Under the pieces are notes generated by a model that was not told the origin of the DNA, made no database searches, and saw only the letters and a list, made by a program, of their open reading frames with translations. The translations under genes were made by a program, and so were the position numbers. Positions 1-11,600 of a stretch of DNA of 64,000 nt are shown one piece after another; position 1 is the stretch's first letter, and each line of letters starts with the position of its first letter. This DNA is from Phormidium sp. (GTDB lineage Bacteria > Cyanobacteriota > Cyanobacteriia > Cyanobacteriales > Aerosakkonemataceae), in the NCBI GenBank assembly GCA_051013385.1, contig CP143273.1:640001-704000 (forward strand), given 5' to 3'.

Positions 1-939
1 CAGCTTGTTGTACAGCTTAAGTTGAATTTCTTTGCTGATTTGGTCGTGCCAATAATTGAGTAGGGGTTGAATATTGGTTTGTTCGTCAACTTTAGTATGA
101 TTTTGTGGGGATTGTTGAGCTTTTTGGATCTGTTTGCGACGTAGGCGATCGATCGCTACCAACAAAGCAGTTGGCCCAATATAGGTAGTACCAAAACTCC
201 AAGCAAAGCTGACTGTACCGACAAATACACCGTGCAACGCCGTAGGAGGATTTAATACGAGTGCTGCTTGAGTATCAGAATTTTGCTCGTCTTGTAAACC
301 TTGCGTTCCCAAACTGCTAACATCTGCTGTGGCAAACAACAACTGCCCCAGCGCCATGTAGTACAACAAACCTTGAGCGACAAAAGCCAAAAAGCGCCCA
401 GTACGAGAAATCAATTGCCAATTTCCAGTTAGAACTTTCTTGTGGTCGAGGTAAGCATCGCTTAAAGATGTACCCTCCAAAATTCCCGTACCCATCAAAG
501 CCACAGCTTCAGTAATGGCTATTTGAGTTCCAAACAGAGGAATAGCAATACCCGCCCCTCCACTAAGTAAGTAAAGCAGCAAACTGCTGGAAACATAAGT
601 GGAAACTAAACTGGCTAAATAAAACGTACTTAATACCCCAACTATTGCGACATTCCAAAAATCTGGTTCGTGTGGAGAATTAGTTGCATTGGCAAATTCA
701 AATTTGCCATTTTCTTGAGTATTGATGGTAACTAAATCGGTGTTACTTGCATTATTTAATTCTGACCACTCTGGAGCTAATAGAGTTGGGTTTTGGAGAT
801 TAGGAACTGCGTCGCGGTTAGTTTGTTTAGTGCGATCGACACCTCTGCGTTTTTTTCGCTTCAGCATCCGCTTGGCATCTTGAGCAAATGTTTGACGGTG
901 ATGACCGTTATTATTGTGATTGCTTTGTTGGGAATTCAT
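1..939 (-). CDS. Hypothetical multi-pass membrane protein (partial, runs off the window's left edge)
   Basis: Not in the ORF track. ATG at 939 opens a frame (MNSQQSNHNNNGHHRQTFAQDAKRMLKRKKRR...) with no stop seen down to base 1. It has several hydrophobic segments (e.g. NVAIVGVLSTFYLASLVSTYVSSSLLLYLLSGGAGIAIPLF, FLAFVAQGLLYYMALGQLLF). Confidence 0.7.
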   Translation of the reverse strand, partial: MNSQQSNHNNNGHHRQTFAQDAKRMLKRKKRRGVDRTKQTNRDAVPNLQNPTLLAPEWSELNNASNTDLVTINTQENGKFEFANATNSPHEPDFWNVAIVGVLSTFYLASLVSTYVSSSLLLYLLSGGAGIAIPLFGTQIAITEAVALMGTGILEGTSLSDAYLDHKKVLTGNWQLISRTGRFLAFVAQGLLYYMALGQLLFATADVSSLGTQGLQDEQNSDTQAALVLNPPTALHGVFVGTVSFAWSFGTTYIGPTALLVAIDRLRRKQIQKAQQSPQNHTKVDEQTNIQPLLNYWHDQISKEIQLKLYNKL

Positions 940-981
940 AGTGTAAGTAAAGTGATTTGTAGAGGTGAATAATTCTGATGA

Positions 982-1701
982 TTAAGAACCTGCTAAAGGG
1001 CAAAGGTTACGATTAACCAAACTCGGTTTTAGCAAGGTAATTTTGTCAGCATAAATGCGAGGAATATAAATCGAACCTGGTTCAATCTGGTTCATAATTT
1101 CAGTTAGTCCTTGGGGTAAAGTATTGCCAGATAAACCTCTGTCAATTCCTCGAAAAGGATGAAGGAAGCCACCCGCACTCAGTCGGGTATTAAAAGGCTG
1201 AATTCGACCCCAACGGGATTCGCTTTCTTCTAAAACAGGTTGAATCGTTATTTGTTGCTGCCAGTAAGTAGTAGGTAAAGTAATAAACAGCACTACTTTT
1301 TGCTGTTGGGCGTTGTAGTGTAGTCGGTGCATCTGAGAAGCATCCAAAAGTCCCGGTTGCACTTGCATTACTGTTTGTTTTTCTGCAATCGACCATTTTC
1401 CCTGGCTATCTTGTCGCACCCAAAATAAACGAATAGATGAATCATTTACTGGTAATATAACTACGGCTCGACCTTGAGCTAAATTATTGAATCGAGCTAC
1501 AGGTAAATTTAACTGTAAGGAAGTTGAATCTAGTTGCGATCGCAAGTTATCTCCTAAGTTAAGAGATTGACATAAAGCATTAATTTTGATGTTTTGCTCT
1601 GCTTGATAATAAGAACGCATCTTTGGTGATAATGTAAATGTTTGACAACTAACTAGGAAAGTACTGCAACCGAGCATAAGTAATAGCAATTTAGGTTTCA
1701 T
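982..1701 (-). CDS. Hypothetical lipoprotein
   Basis: 239 aa ORF. N-terminus MKPKLLLLMLGCSTFLVSC looks like a signal peptide with an LVSC lipobox. Confidence 0.65.
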   Translation of the reverse strand: MKPKLLLLMLGCSTFLVSCQTFTLSPKMRSYYQAEQNIKINALCQSLNLGDNLRSQLDSTSLQLNLPVARFNNLAQGRAVVILPVNDSSIRLFWVRQDSQGKWSIAEKQTVMQVQPGLLDASQMHRLHYNAQQQKVVLFITLPTTYWQQQITIQPVLEESESRWGRIQPFNTRLSAGGFLHPFRGIDRGLSGNTLPQGLTEIMNQIEPGSIYIPRIYADKITLLKPSLVNRNLCPLAGS

Positions 1702-1958
1702 TTTTCCTCTGGAAATTGGTAATATTGATGTAAAGGGAAAATCTTGAGATTGAAATGGATGGTAATTAAAAAAACTCCCTACTTGCCTACAAGTGTTAAC
1801 TAGCTAGATAGGTCAGCTTGGATAATTTAATTTAACTAAATGGATGGAAAGGGGGCATTACCCAAAAAACAAAAAGCAGCTTTTTGGTAGCTGCTTGTCG
1901 AAAAGTAGTTGTAATTATTGAATAGTTAACGAAAAGCTGAAAATTAATGACGATCGCA

Positions 1959-3263
1959 TTAATCTTGAGTAAGCTTTACCAAGAGTTTAGCCAAAGCTTG
2001 TACCATTGGGCGACCGGAAATATCTTCACCGCGTTTCAGACGATGAACGCTACCTTTGAGTACAGGTTCTTCACTGGTAATGGTATCTGAATTACCATTC
2101 AAATCACTGTAAATAATGGCAACTACAGGTAAAGGTTTTGCTAATTGCTTCTCACAAAACTCTTGCCAAGCAATTACTTCATCTTCTGTCTTACCTACAA
2201 TAATGGCGTGAGTAGCTTGAGACATGATAACTTTGTTCTCATCGCTAGGAATTTTACCGCCTACATCAAATAGCAATAGTGAATTTTTAATTCCCTGAAT
2301 ATCTCTCGCTTTAGCTTGAGCAAATTCGGGGGTAAACTTAGCTTTGTACTCTTCTTTTAATTTTTCCGCTAACTCTGGATATTTGGCGACGGTTTCCGCG
2401 TACCAAGAACCATCACCATCGGGACAACCAGAAATGGCATAAAAATCAGCAGGTGCATTATTCAAGTTGAAAATTGCTGCTTTTAAACCATCCCTTAGTA
2501 CCGTTTTTCCGGTATTGGGGGAACCACAGAGGACAGCTTTAACTGTAGGTTCTGGGTCATAATTTACATCAAAGGTTGCCCCAACTTGATAATTTTTAGA
2601 ATGGCTGAATACTACCACGTATCTATCTAATCCTTTATCTCCTAATTTGGGATCGAAGACAGCTACACTGCTATATAGATGAGCAATTTTGTTAGCAATC
2701 ATAAAACTAGCTAGAACAGTAGCACGTCCGTTAATTCTCAGTAGTTGTTTACCGCCTGTTAATTGTCCCGAACTAATTAATTTTTCTAGTTGTGCTTCTG
2801 CATCTAATAAAAGTCGATCGCCATCAGCTTTCACGCCATTATTAATTTTGGCAATTAAGACATCATCTGACCAATAGATTAAAAATGAAGGAGAACTATC
2901 ATCTATCGTAGCTACTTGCTTAACTTCTCCGGTAACAAAATCAATGCGACTACCAACTGGGTACTCTGCTGCGGTACTGATGACGACAACGTAAGCTCTT
3001 AAACGAGTATCGGAAACTGCGATCGCTCGATATAAGTGTGCGATTTCATGGGCTAAAGTATAACTGGCTAGTACGGAAATTCTACCGTCAATTTTCAGCA
3101 GATTTCCACCTCCCAGTTCCCCAGCCGCGATCATCTGTTGCAAACCTACTGCTACATCGCGCACGATTCGATCGCCATCAGCTGTCACTGGTTCACCGTT
3201 TGCATTTTTGGCAAAATCTACTTTTAAGGTATCTCCTTCTAATCTCATTTGATAGCTAGTCAT
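1959..3263 (-). CDS. csx3: CRISPR-associated Csx3 (Crn3 ring-nuclease-like) tandem domains fused to a P-loop NTPase
   Basis: Two copies of the Csx3 signature (IDGRISVLASYTLAHEIAHLYRAIAVSDTRL and INGRATVLASFMIANKIAHLYSSVAVFDPKLG...VVFSH), followed by a Walker A motif GSPNTGKT and LFDVGG. Adjacent to the CRISPR locus. Confidence 0.85.
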   Translation of the reverse strand: MTSYQMRLEGDTLKVDFAKNANGEPVTADGDRIVRDVAVGLQQMIAAGELGGGNLLKIDGRISVLASYTLAHEIAHLYRAIAVSDTRLRAYVVVISTAAEYPVGSRIDFVTGEVKQVATIDDSSPSFLIYWSDDVLIAKINNGVKADGDRLLLDAEAQLEKLISSGQLTGGKQLLRINGRATVLASFMIANKIAHLYSSVAVFDPKLGDKGLDRYVVVFSHSKNYQVGATFDVNYDPEPTVKAVLCGSPNTGKTVLRDGLKAAIFNLNNAPADFYAISGCPDGDGSWYAETVAKYPELAEKLKEEYKAKFTPEFAQAKARDIQGIKNSLLLFDVGGKIPSDENKVIMSQATHAIIVGKTEDEVIAWQEFCEKQLAKPLPVVAIIYSDLNGNSDTITSEEPVLKGSVHRLKRGEDISGRPMVQALAKLLVKLTQD

Positions 3264-3331
3264 TGGTTTTTCCTTCTCTGCTTTGACTGTTTGATGTTGA
3301 TTACCTAAATTTGCGGTACAAAGCTTTGGCT

Positions 3332-3397
3332 TGGGCGGGTTTTGATTTTAATTTCTGGCGCTGGGTATTCCCATCTTTTGACTAAACCCGCCCCTAC
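3332..3397. repeat. REP-like inverted repeat
   Basis: GGGCGGGTTT...AAACCCGCCCCTAC arms, resembling cyanobacterial GTAGGGGCGGGTTT-type palindromic repeats. Confidence 0.5.
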
Positions 3398-3495
3398 CGA
3401 TTTCGTAAACAATATTACTTTGCCACTAAATAGGAAAGGGAGCTTTCCTTGTTGGTGTAGTTTAAAGAGGTAACTTAATTGACACCAGCAATTTT

Positions 3496-4965
3496 ATGTC
3501 TGCTCAAACCTTTGATTTCCCGCCAACAGTAAAATTATTGCAGGTATTTGCACGCGGTTCTTTAAGACAGAATTTGCCGAAAGCAGTGCGGTTGTGGGTA
3601 ATTTTGCGATCGCTTTATGGTGACGAAACCGATCCGATGAGGTTGCAACTTAAGAAAAAGTTTACTTATAGCGATTGGAATAAACAGTTTTTCACGCAAA
3701 CTGATACAAATCATAAGGATTATACGATTCCTAGCGAACACGATCCCTTATGTTCTTGTGGGAAAAGTCTTCGTGATTGGTTGTTCAATTCTGATACTGG
3801 TTTAAATCAGGAAGAATGGCTTTGTTCGTTCCGAAATCTTTACCCGATGACTGTACAAGATTTAGATAATTTGCTATCTTTTGGTATCATTACCCAAGTT
3901 AAGAAAAATCCCCAAAAACAAAAAAGTTTACCCAATGGTCGTTTGTTTGCTGTCACTAGTAAGAACATTCAAAACGATTTTAAAGCTTTGGTGGAAATGG
4001 GATGGTTAGAAGCACAAGCAATTAAACAAGGTACAGGTAAAAAGTTTAAAATTCTGTATTCCTTAGTTGAGGAGTTTCCCCAGGTTGCTATTCACTCGGA
4101 AAATACGATTCTCGATGGAGAGACAACGGTGGTGAGAAATGCGATCGCTAATGATTTGGCTGATTTCTTTGAAGATTTTGGTCAAGAGATTAATGGTCAA
4201 AAACGCTTTGTTTTGGATATCGAGTATATCGTTCATCGTCAGTTTAGTCAGCAAATTGATACTTTGCGTCAACAGCTAAAATCTATTTGGCATCAACCGC
4301 AAGTCCCACCTGTGAAAATTACTTATGTCAGTGCAAGAAACTTTCAAAGTTATCAGGATGAAGGGGAAGAATATATAGTTTATCCGGTTTGCCTTTACTA
4401 TTCCCATCGTGCGCCTTATTTGTTTGCTTTTGGTCAAACACCAAAGGATGAGGCTAAGATTGATTGGTATGATTATCGGCTCGATCGCATTCAAAATTTG
4501 CAGCAGTTAAAGTGGAATGATGTAAATATTGAGGGATTTACTCAGTCAATTTGTCAGTCCAAAACACCAAAACAAATTCAAGATTACCGTGCCGAAGCTT
4601 GGGGATTTGATTTTTACAAACCACAAGAGTTGCTGTTACTGCGGTTCGATCGCTATTTCCATTCTCGTTACATTGAGGGAACAGAACGGGACGAGCTATT
4701 TACGAAAATACCTTATAACTATGCTGAATCTCAGATTATCAATGCACGAATAGACTCAGAACAAAAGTCAGAACTTTTAAAGGTTTTCTATTCTCGTTCC
4801 CCTGATGATATTTACTGTCGAATTAATTATCGCACTGATGATAATAATGTAATTATGCGTTTGAGAGCTTGGGGAGCAAATGTTGAAGTGTTTTTGCCTT
4901 GGTCATTGCGATCGCGCATGACTCAAGATATCCAAGCTACCTGGAAACTTTATCAAAGTAGGTAA
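3496..4965 (+). CDS. CRISPR-associated WYL-domain protein (cyanobacterial TIGR03985-like regulator)
   Basis: Motifs YPVCLYYSHRAPYLFAFG, WYDYRLDRI and a WCX-like tail RLRAWGANVEVFLPWSLR. Divergent from csx3 and next to the array. Confidence 0.8.
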   Translation: MSAQTFDFPPTVKLLQVFARGSLRQNLPKAVRLWVILRSLYGDETDPMRLQLKKKFTYSDWNKQFFTQTDTNHKDYTIPSEHDPLCSCGKSLRDWLFNSDTGLNQEEWLCSFRNLYPMTVQDLDNLLSFGIITQVKKNPQKQKSLPNGRLFAVTSKNIQNDFKALVEMGWLEAQAIKQGTGKKFKILYSLVEEFPQVAIHSENTILDGETTVVRNAIANDLADFFEDFGQEINGQKRFVLDIEYIVHRQFSQQIDTLRQQLKSIWHQPQVPPVKITYVSARNFQSYQDEGEEYIVYPVCLYYSHRAPYLFAFGQTPKDEAKIDWYDYRLDRIQNLQQLKWNDVNIEGFTQSICQSKTPKQIQDYRAEAWGFDFYKPQELLLLRFDRYFHSRYIEGTERDELFTKIPYNYAESQIINARIDSEQKSELLKVFYSRSPDDIYCRINYRTDDNNVIMRLRAWGANVEVFLPWSLRSRMTQDIQATWKLYQSR

Positions 4966-5004
4966 TCGGAACAATCTACTACTAATGGAGATGAGTAATC
5001 ACAA

Positions 5005-5580
5005 ATGACTATGAATACTGAAACAGCAAAACTTTCACATCGATTTGAACAAGCTTTAGTTTATGCTACTCAGCTTCACGCTCATCAAGTCAGAAAAGGT
5101 AGCGATATTCCTTACATTAGTCACCTGTTGAGTGTAGCAGCGTTGGTGTTAGAAGATGGCGGAGACGAAGATGAAGCAATAGCCGCACTTTTACACGATA
5201 GTATTGAAGATTGTGGAGGTGCAGAAACTCGCCAAGCTATTTTGATGTTATTTGGAGAAAGAGTTACAAATATTGTGGATGGTTGCACGGAATCTGATGT
5301 GATACCTAAACCTCCTTGGCGCGATCGCAAGTTACTATACTTGGAAAAAATGCGCGATGCTTCTCCTTCTGTTCTGCGAGTTTCTTTGGCAGATAAATTG
5401 CATAATGCTCGTTCAATTTTAACTGATTTATACCGACATGGTGATGCAGTTTGGCATAAATTTAATGCTGGAAAAGAAGGTACTTTATGGTTTTACCGCA
5501 GTTTGATTGAAATTTACGAAGCAGCTACAAATAATTTTTTGCTCGATGAGCTTAAAAGGATTGTTGATTTGTTAGTTTAA
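5005..5580 (+). CDS. Stand-alone HD-domain hydrolase, RelA/SpoT hydrolase (Mesh1-like) family
   Basis: Motifs HAHQVRKGSDIPYISH, AALLHDSIED and VSLADKLHNAR. Confidence 0.85.
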   Translation: MTMNTETAKLSHRFEQALVYATQLHAHQVRKGSDIPYISHLLSVAALVLEDGGDEDEAIAALLHDSIEDCGGAETRQAILMLFGERVTNIVDGCTESDVIPKPPWRDRKLLYLEKMRDASPSVLRVSLADKLHNARSILTDLYRHGDAVWHKFNAGKEGTLWFYRSLIEIYEAATNNFLLDELKRIVDLLV

Positions 5581-5610
5581 CTTGTTTAGTAATAATTAAT
5601 AGCTTTAATA

Positions 5611-5651
5611 AAACTACCTAAGTTTTACCAATATATTGACTTAGGTAGTTT
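5611..5651. terminator. Probable bidirectional terminator between the HD gene and the CRISPR array trailer
   Basis: Inverted repeat AAACTACCTAAGT...ACTTAGGTAGTTT between convergent transcription units. Confidence 0.6.
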
Positions 5652-5659
5652 ATTTTCAG

Positions 5660-8600
5660 GTTTCCAACTAATCCGAATTAACCCTTCGGTGGGGGGCAGT
5701 ACCACCGCCAAGAATTGACGGAGGATTTGCAGGAGTTTCCAACTAATCCGAATTAACCCTTCGGTGGGGGATTATCAATTCGATTGAAAGAGAGGACGGT
5801 AGTGGGAAAAAGTAGTTTCCAACTAATCCGAATTAACCCTTCGGTGGGGGTGTACGCCCTAGCGTACGAGAGGGAGCAGGGGTAATAAAGTTTCCAACTA
5901 ATCCGAATTAACCCTTCGGTGGGGGGAGACAATTGGACAACTGAGCAAAGTGGAGATAGATTTAGTTTCCAACTAATCCGAATTAACCCTTCGGTGGGGG
6001 ACGACGAAGCCGATCGCATCCTAGCCGATATCGAAGTTTCCAACTAATCCGAATTAACCCTTCGGTGGGGGACTATTCAAACTGTACCTTCACTAAATGA
6101 TGCCAGCCAAAAGTTTCCAACTAATCCGAATTAACCCTTCGGTGGGGGGATAAAGGATCGCTTGATCAATTCGAGGCTGCAGCTCGTGTTTCCAACTAAT
6201 CCGAATTAACCCTTCGGTGGGGGTCAAGGGGAAATAACCAGAAGTCTCCAATTTATTGTTTCCAACTAATCCGAATTAACCCTTCGGTGGGGGGGCAATG
6301 TCCATTCCAGCTACAGTAGACAATGCTGTCGATACATGTTTCCAACTAATCCGAATTAACCCTTCGGTGGGGGATCACTGCCGAAAGTGGAGGGCAAATT
6401 TCTCCAAAGCAAGGTTTCCAACTAATCCGAATTAACCCTTCGGTGGGGGAAGAGTTTGATGAGGAGAGTTCTCTCCTCGAACGTTTCCAACTAATCCGAA
6501 TTAACCCTTCGGTGGGGGGAGCACTGAAAGTGTTCCGGGTTACCGGGCACTAACAAACTGTTTCCAACTAATCCGAATTAACCCTTCGGTGGGGGTTGCT
6601 GGAACTTCTGACGGAACGGGTTTCAACACAATTGTTTCCAACTAATCCGAATTAACCCTTCGGTGGGGGAGGAGCAAGATCAACAACAAATAAATGAGTT
6701 ACTAGACGTTTCCAACTAATCCGAATTAACCCTTCGGTGGGGGGTCATCTCCTTAATCTGAAAAAGTTTCTTTCGAGATGGTGTTTCCAACTAATCCGAA
6801 TTAACCCTTCGGTGGGGGGTTTCGGCTTTGCATTTCTTACTGAAGAAGCATTGAATGATGTTTCCAACTAATCCGAATTAACCCTTCGGTGGGGGGAAGT
6901 GAATCGCCGAGAGTTGGTAAATAACTTTTGGGTTTCCAACTAATCCGAATTAACCCTTCGGTGGGGGAAAAAACCCGGCAAAGAAAGTTACAACAACTAA
7001 GGCAAAAAGTTTCCAACTAATCCGAATTAACCCTTCGGTGGGGGGAAGCATTGTTAGTTTTATTAAATCTACCCGTTAAAGTGTTTCCAACTAATCCGAA
7101 TTAACCCTTCGGTGGGGGAACCTTCTGGGATTTTTTAGTCCCGAAATTGAGCTTAAAAGTTTCCAACTAATCCGAATTAACCCTTCGGTGGGGGAGAATC
7201 AGGCTCTTTGAGGGTATCCCAAGAGCCGTTTCTTGTTTCCAACTAATCCGAATTAACCCTTCGGTGGGGGGGGTTTATAATTCTTATGTGGCAGGGAAAA
7301 CTAAACTAAATTGTTTCCAACTAATCCGAATTAACCCTTCGGTGGGGGATTTGCAATTGCTTTAACAATTATCGTTAGTGAGCGTTTCCAACTAATCCGA
7401 ATTAACCCTTCGGTGGGGGGAGTGCAAAATGCATTTACTTTTGGAGGTTTAAACCTGATAAGTTTCCAACTAATCCGAATTAACCCTTCGGTGGGGGATG
7501 ACGGAGCTGGCGTAATTCGAACCCGCCAATTTGAAGGGTTTCCAACTAATCCGAATTAACCCTTCGGTGGGGGAATCAATGTGTTAATGGTTCAGAAGAA
7601 GTAGGTACTCTTGGGTTTCCAACTAATCCGAATTAACCCTTCGGTGGGGGCCCCGGGGAATGCGCAAGAAGCGGGCCAGAACCGCATTCAAAGTTTCCAA
7701 CTAATCCGAATTAACCCTTCGGTGGGGGTCCAAGGATTAAAAGTTTCAATTTCGGTTGAAATGTTTCCAACTAATCCGAATTAACCCTTCGGTGGGGGTG
7801 GAGGTGAAGGCTTGTTTTTAGCTTACGTAACGTTTCCAACTAATCCGAATTAACCCTTCGGTGGGGGCAGACGGAAATATGCCTGTACCAGTCCAAGTTA
7901 ACATGTTTCCAACTAATCCGAATTAACCCTTCGGTGGGGGGCAACACTGGAAACGACACCCTGATTGGCGGTAATGTTTGTTTCCAACTAATCCGAATTA
8001 ACCCTTCGGTGGGGGATTGATCCAGCTACCGGAAACGTTACAGAAGCAAGTGTTTCCAACTAATCCGAATTAACCCTTCGGTGGGGGGGTATCTTTAGTT
8101 TCTGCTAGTATTGCTGGTTTCCAACTAATCCGAATTAACCCTTCGGTGGGGGTGAAAATACCAGCTATCAATTTGGTAACCAGCCTCGAGTGTTTCCAAC
8201 TAATCCGAATTAACCCTTCGGTGGGGGAAAACCCCTGGTGCTGCAAGCAGTGCCAACTTCAATGTTCAGAGGTTTCCAACTAATCCGAATTAACCCTTCG
8301 GTGGGGGCTGGGGCCGTTCCCCAGCCAAAAGGTGCGATGTTTGGAGTTTCCAACTAATCCGAATTAACCCTTCGGTGGGGGTTTGTCGACTCTTTTTGCT
8401 GGCTGTTCTCAGACCCAAAAAGTTTCCAACTAATCCGAATTAACCCTTCGGTGGGGGAGCGGCAAAATACGATTCGCCAACAAAGAGGCACAGTGTTTCC
8501 AACTAATCCGAATTAACCCTTCGGTGGGGGACTGCTATGCCAGCCCTTGCTGACGGAGGAGGATTTTTGTTTCCAACTAATCCGAATTAACCCTTCGGTG

Positions 8601-11600
8601 GGGGTCGATTTGTCGGAATGTGCAAAAAATACCCTTCAGGTTTCCAACTAATCCGAATTAACCCTTCGGTGGGGGTATCATGTTAGCTTCTGGAACAGCT
8701 GCACAATACCGTTTCCAACTAATCCGAATTAACCCTTCGGTGGGGGGGTGTAAAAAAACCATGATTTCCAAGCTAGTTTCATTTTGTTTCCAACTAATCC
8801 GAATTAACCCTTCGGTGGGGGTACTAAGTCTCTTGTGTGACCTTGGCGTGTCACCGGAGGTTTCCAACTAATCCGAATTAACCCTTCGGTGGGGGAAAAT
8901 TTCGGCTTGGTTGCTTTGACTGTTGTTTGTTTCCAACTAATCCGAATTAACCCTTCGGTGGGGGTCTGGAGCACAACAATTATCGACACCTGTTCCTGGA
9001 GTTTCCAACTAATCCGAATTAACCCTTCGGTGGGGGCTGCTTTTCCTCAGTTTTCCGTTCCTGACTACCGCGAAGTTTCCAACTAATCCGAATTAACCCT
9101 TCGGTGGGGGTTGGGAATAAATTATACATTTTCGCACAGATTTTATAAAAAAACGTTTCCAACTAATCCGAATTAACCCTTCGGTGGGGGTGGTCTGCCG
9201 CGTCTAACCGACCGGCACCAATAGTTTCCAACTAATCCGAATTAACCCTTCGGTGGGGGGAAAGGTTATGAAAGATGAAGCTAAAGTAATGGTGATGTTT
9301 CCAACTAATCCGAATTAACCCTTCGGTGGGGGAATAAGTTAATAAATTTCAAGCCTTGGAAAAACCAGGTTTCCAACTAATCCGAATTAACCCTTCGGTG
9401 GGGGTTCCACCGGGTTTTTTAACCCAGGGAACACGCAAGAAGTTTCCAACTAATCCGAATTAACCCTTCGGTGGGGGCTTTTTCCAGCTTCGGAGTGATT
9501 GCTCAGGAAGTAATAAGTTTCCAACTAATCCGAATTAACCCTTCGGTGGGGGATGCTTGGGGTCTCAACATGAGAGACCAGTTCTGCTTTGAAGTTTCCA
9601 ACTAATCCGAATTAACCCTTCGGTGGGGGCAAGTTGCCACCACCGTTTTCTTCGGATTTGCAGTTGCTGGTTTCCAACTAATCCGAATTAACCCTTCGGT
9701 GGGGGTCCAAGTATCCAGATCAAACATCAGAAGATAAAATTGTTTCCAACTAATCCGAATTAACCCTTCGGTGGGGGTTTGCGTCAAAACGCAAACCCGT
9801 CAACTACCCCTACGTTTCCAACTAATCCGAATTAACCCTTCGGTGGGGGATACTGTAATCAAAGTTCAAAATCTTAGTTACAAAATTGTTTCCAACTAAT
9901 CCGAATTAACCCTTCGGTGGGGGGTTATTGGTTTTTCAGCGATCACTTTAAGTGCAAGGTTTCCAACTAATCCGAATTAACCCTTCGGTGGGGGTTGACC
10001 AAAATCAGCGAAATTTGAATCGTCGTTTGTTTCCAACTAATCCGAATTAACCCTTCGGTGGGGGATGGATACATTACAAAACCTATTGATGACAGGTTTT
10101 CCGTTTCCAACTAATCCGAATTAACCCTTCGGTGGGGGAAGTCAGTGGTGGCGATAGCAGCCGTCTAGCTACTGTGGGTTTCCAACTAATCCGAATTAAC
10201 CCTTCGGTGGGGGGCAAAACTGTCCAGGGTGAGGTTTTAAGTAAAATTTTAAAGTTTCCAACTAATCCGAATTAACCCTTCGGTGGGGGGTCCTGGAGAT
10301 CGCCAACAAATCGGAGTCAACATGTTTCCAACTAATCCGAATTAACCCTTCGGTGGGGGTCGTCTGTTGTTTCTTCAGAGTGAGGTGAGAAACGTGTTTC
10401 CAACTAATCCGAATTAACCCTTCGGTGGGGGTATATGCACGCCGCGGAGAATTAGCTGTCGGTAAAAACGTTTCCAACTAATCCGAATTAACCCTTCGGT
10501 GGGGGGTACTGCAAGCACATGGTCTGCTCGTTTCTTTACGGTTTCCAACTAATCCGAATTAACCCTTCGGTGGGGGATGAAATCGGAGGCAGCACAAAAG
10601 GACTTAGGTACTCTGCGTTTCCAACTAATCCGAATTAACCCTTCGGTGGGGGGTTACTACAGTTTTTGGGATTTCTAACACAGCTAGAGGAGTTTCCAAC
10701 TAATCCGAATTAACCCTTCGGTGGGGGTCAAATGACACTAACGGCGATTCCGGGTAGGATTCGAGTTTCCAACTAATCCGAATTAACCCTTCGGTGGGGG
10801 TTGTTCAGAGGCATGTGCCTCTGATTGGCTAATTAAGGTTTCCAACTAATCCGAATTAACCCTTCGGTGGGGGACAAGCACAACACAGACTGGTGGCAAT
10901 GGAGGTTTAACTTGTTTCCAACTAATCCGAATTAACCCTTCGGTGGGGGGGAAAGTAGATAAAATAGAGGGAAATCACAATGCTTCATGTTTCCAACTAA
11001 TCCGAATTAACCCTTCGGTGGGGGTAAAAGAGCCAGAAGCATTAGAAGATGTTCCAGTCGTTTCCAACTAATCCGAATTAACCCTTCGGTGGGGGTAGCT
11101 TCAGGTGCCACCGTTACACTTACACGTAACGGGTTTCCAACTAATCCGAATTAACCCTTCGGTGGGGGAAAAACGTATAATTAATTTACTTTATGCCTGA
11201 AAAGTTTCCAACTAATCCGAATTAACCCTTCGGTGGGGGGGGAGAAAAGCTGTCTCCCAGCCAGCGAGCTCAACTGTTTCCAACTAATCCGAATTAACCC
11301 TTCGGTGGGGGACTACTGTTGCAGATTCAAATAATGCTTCTGCACAACAAGTTTCCAACTAATCCGAATTAACCCTTCGGTGGGGGAAAGAGGCTTCCAG
11401 CTACTTGGTAATCGCTTTTGCACCGAAGGTTTCCAACTAATCCGAATTAACCCTTCGGTGGGGGCAGTTATCTTATTCCAGGCAGGAATTTGATACAATG
11501 TTTCCAACTAATCCGAATTAACCCTTCGGTGGGGGGAGTTTTTATGAAAGTTAAAAAAGCATTTGCTGCATGTGTGTTTCCAACTAATCCGAATTAACCC

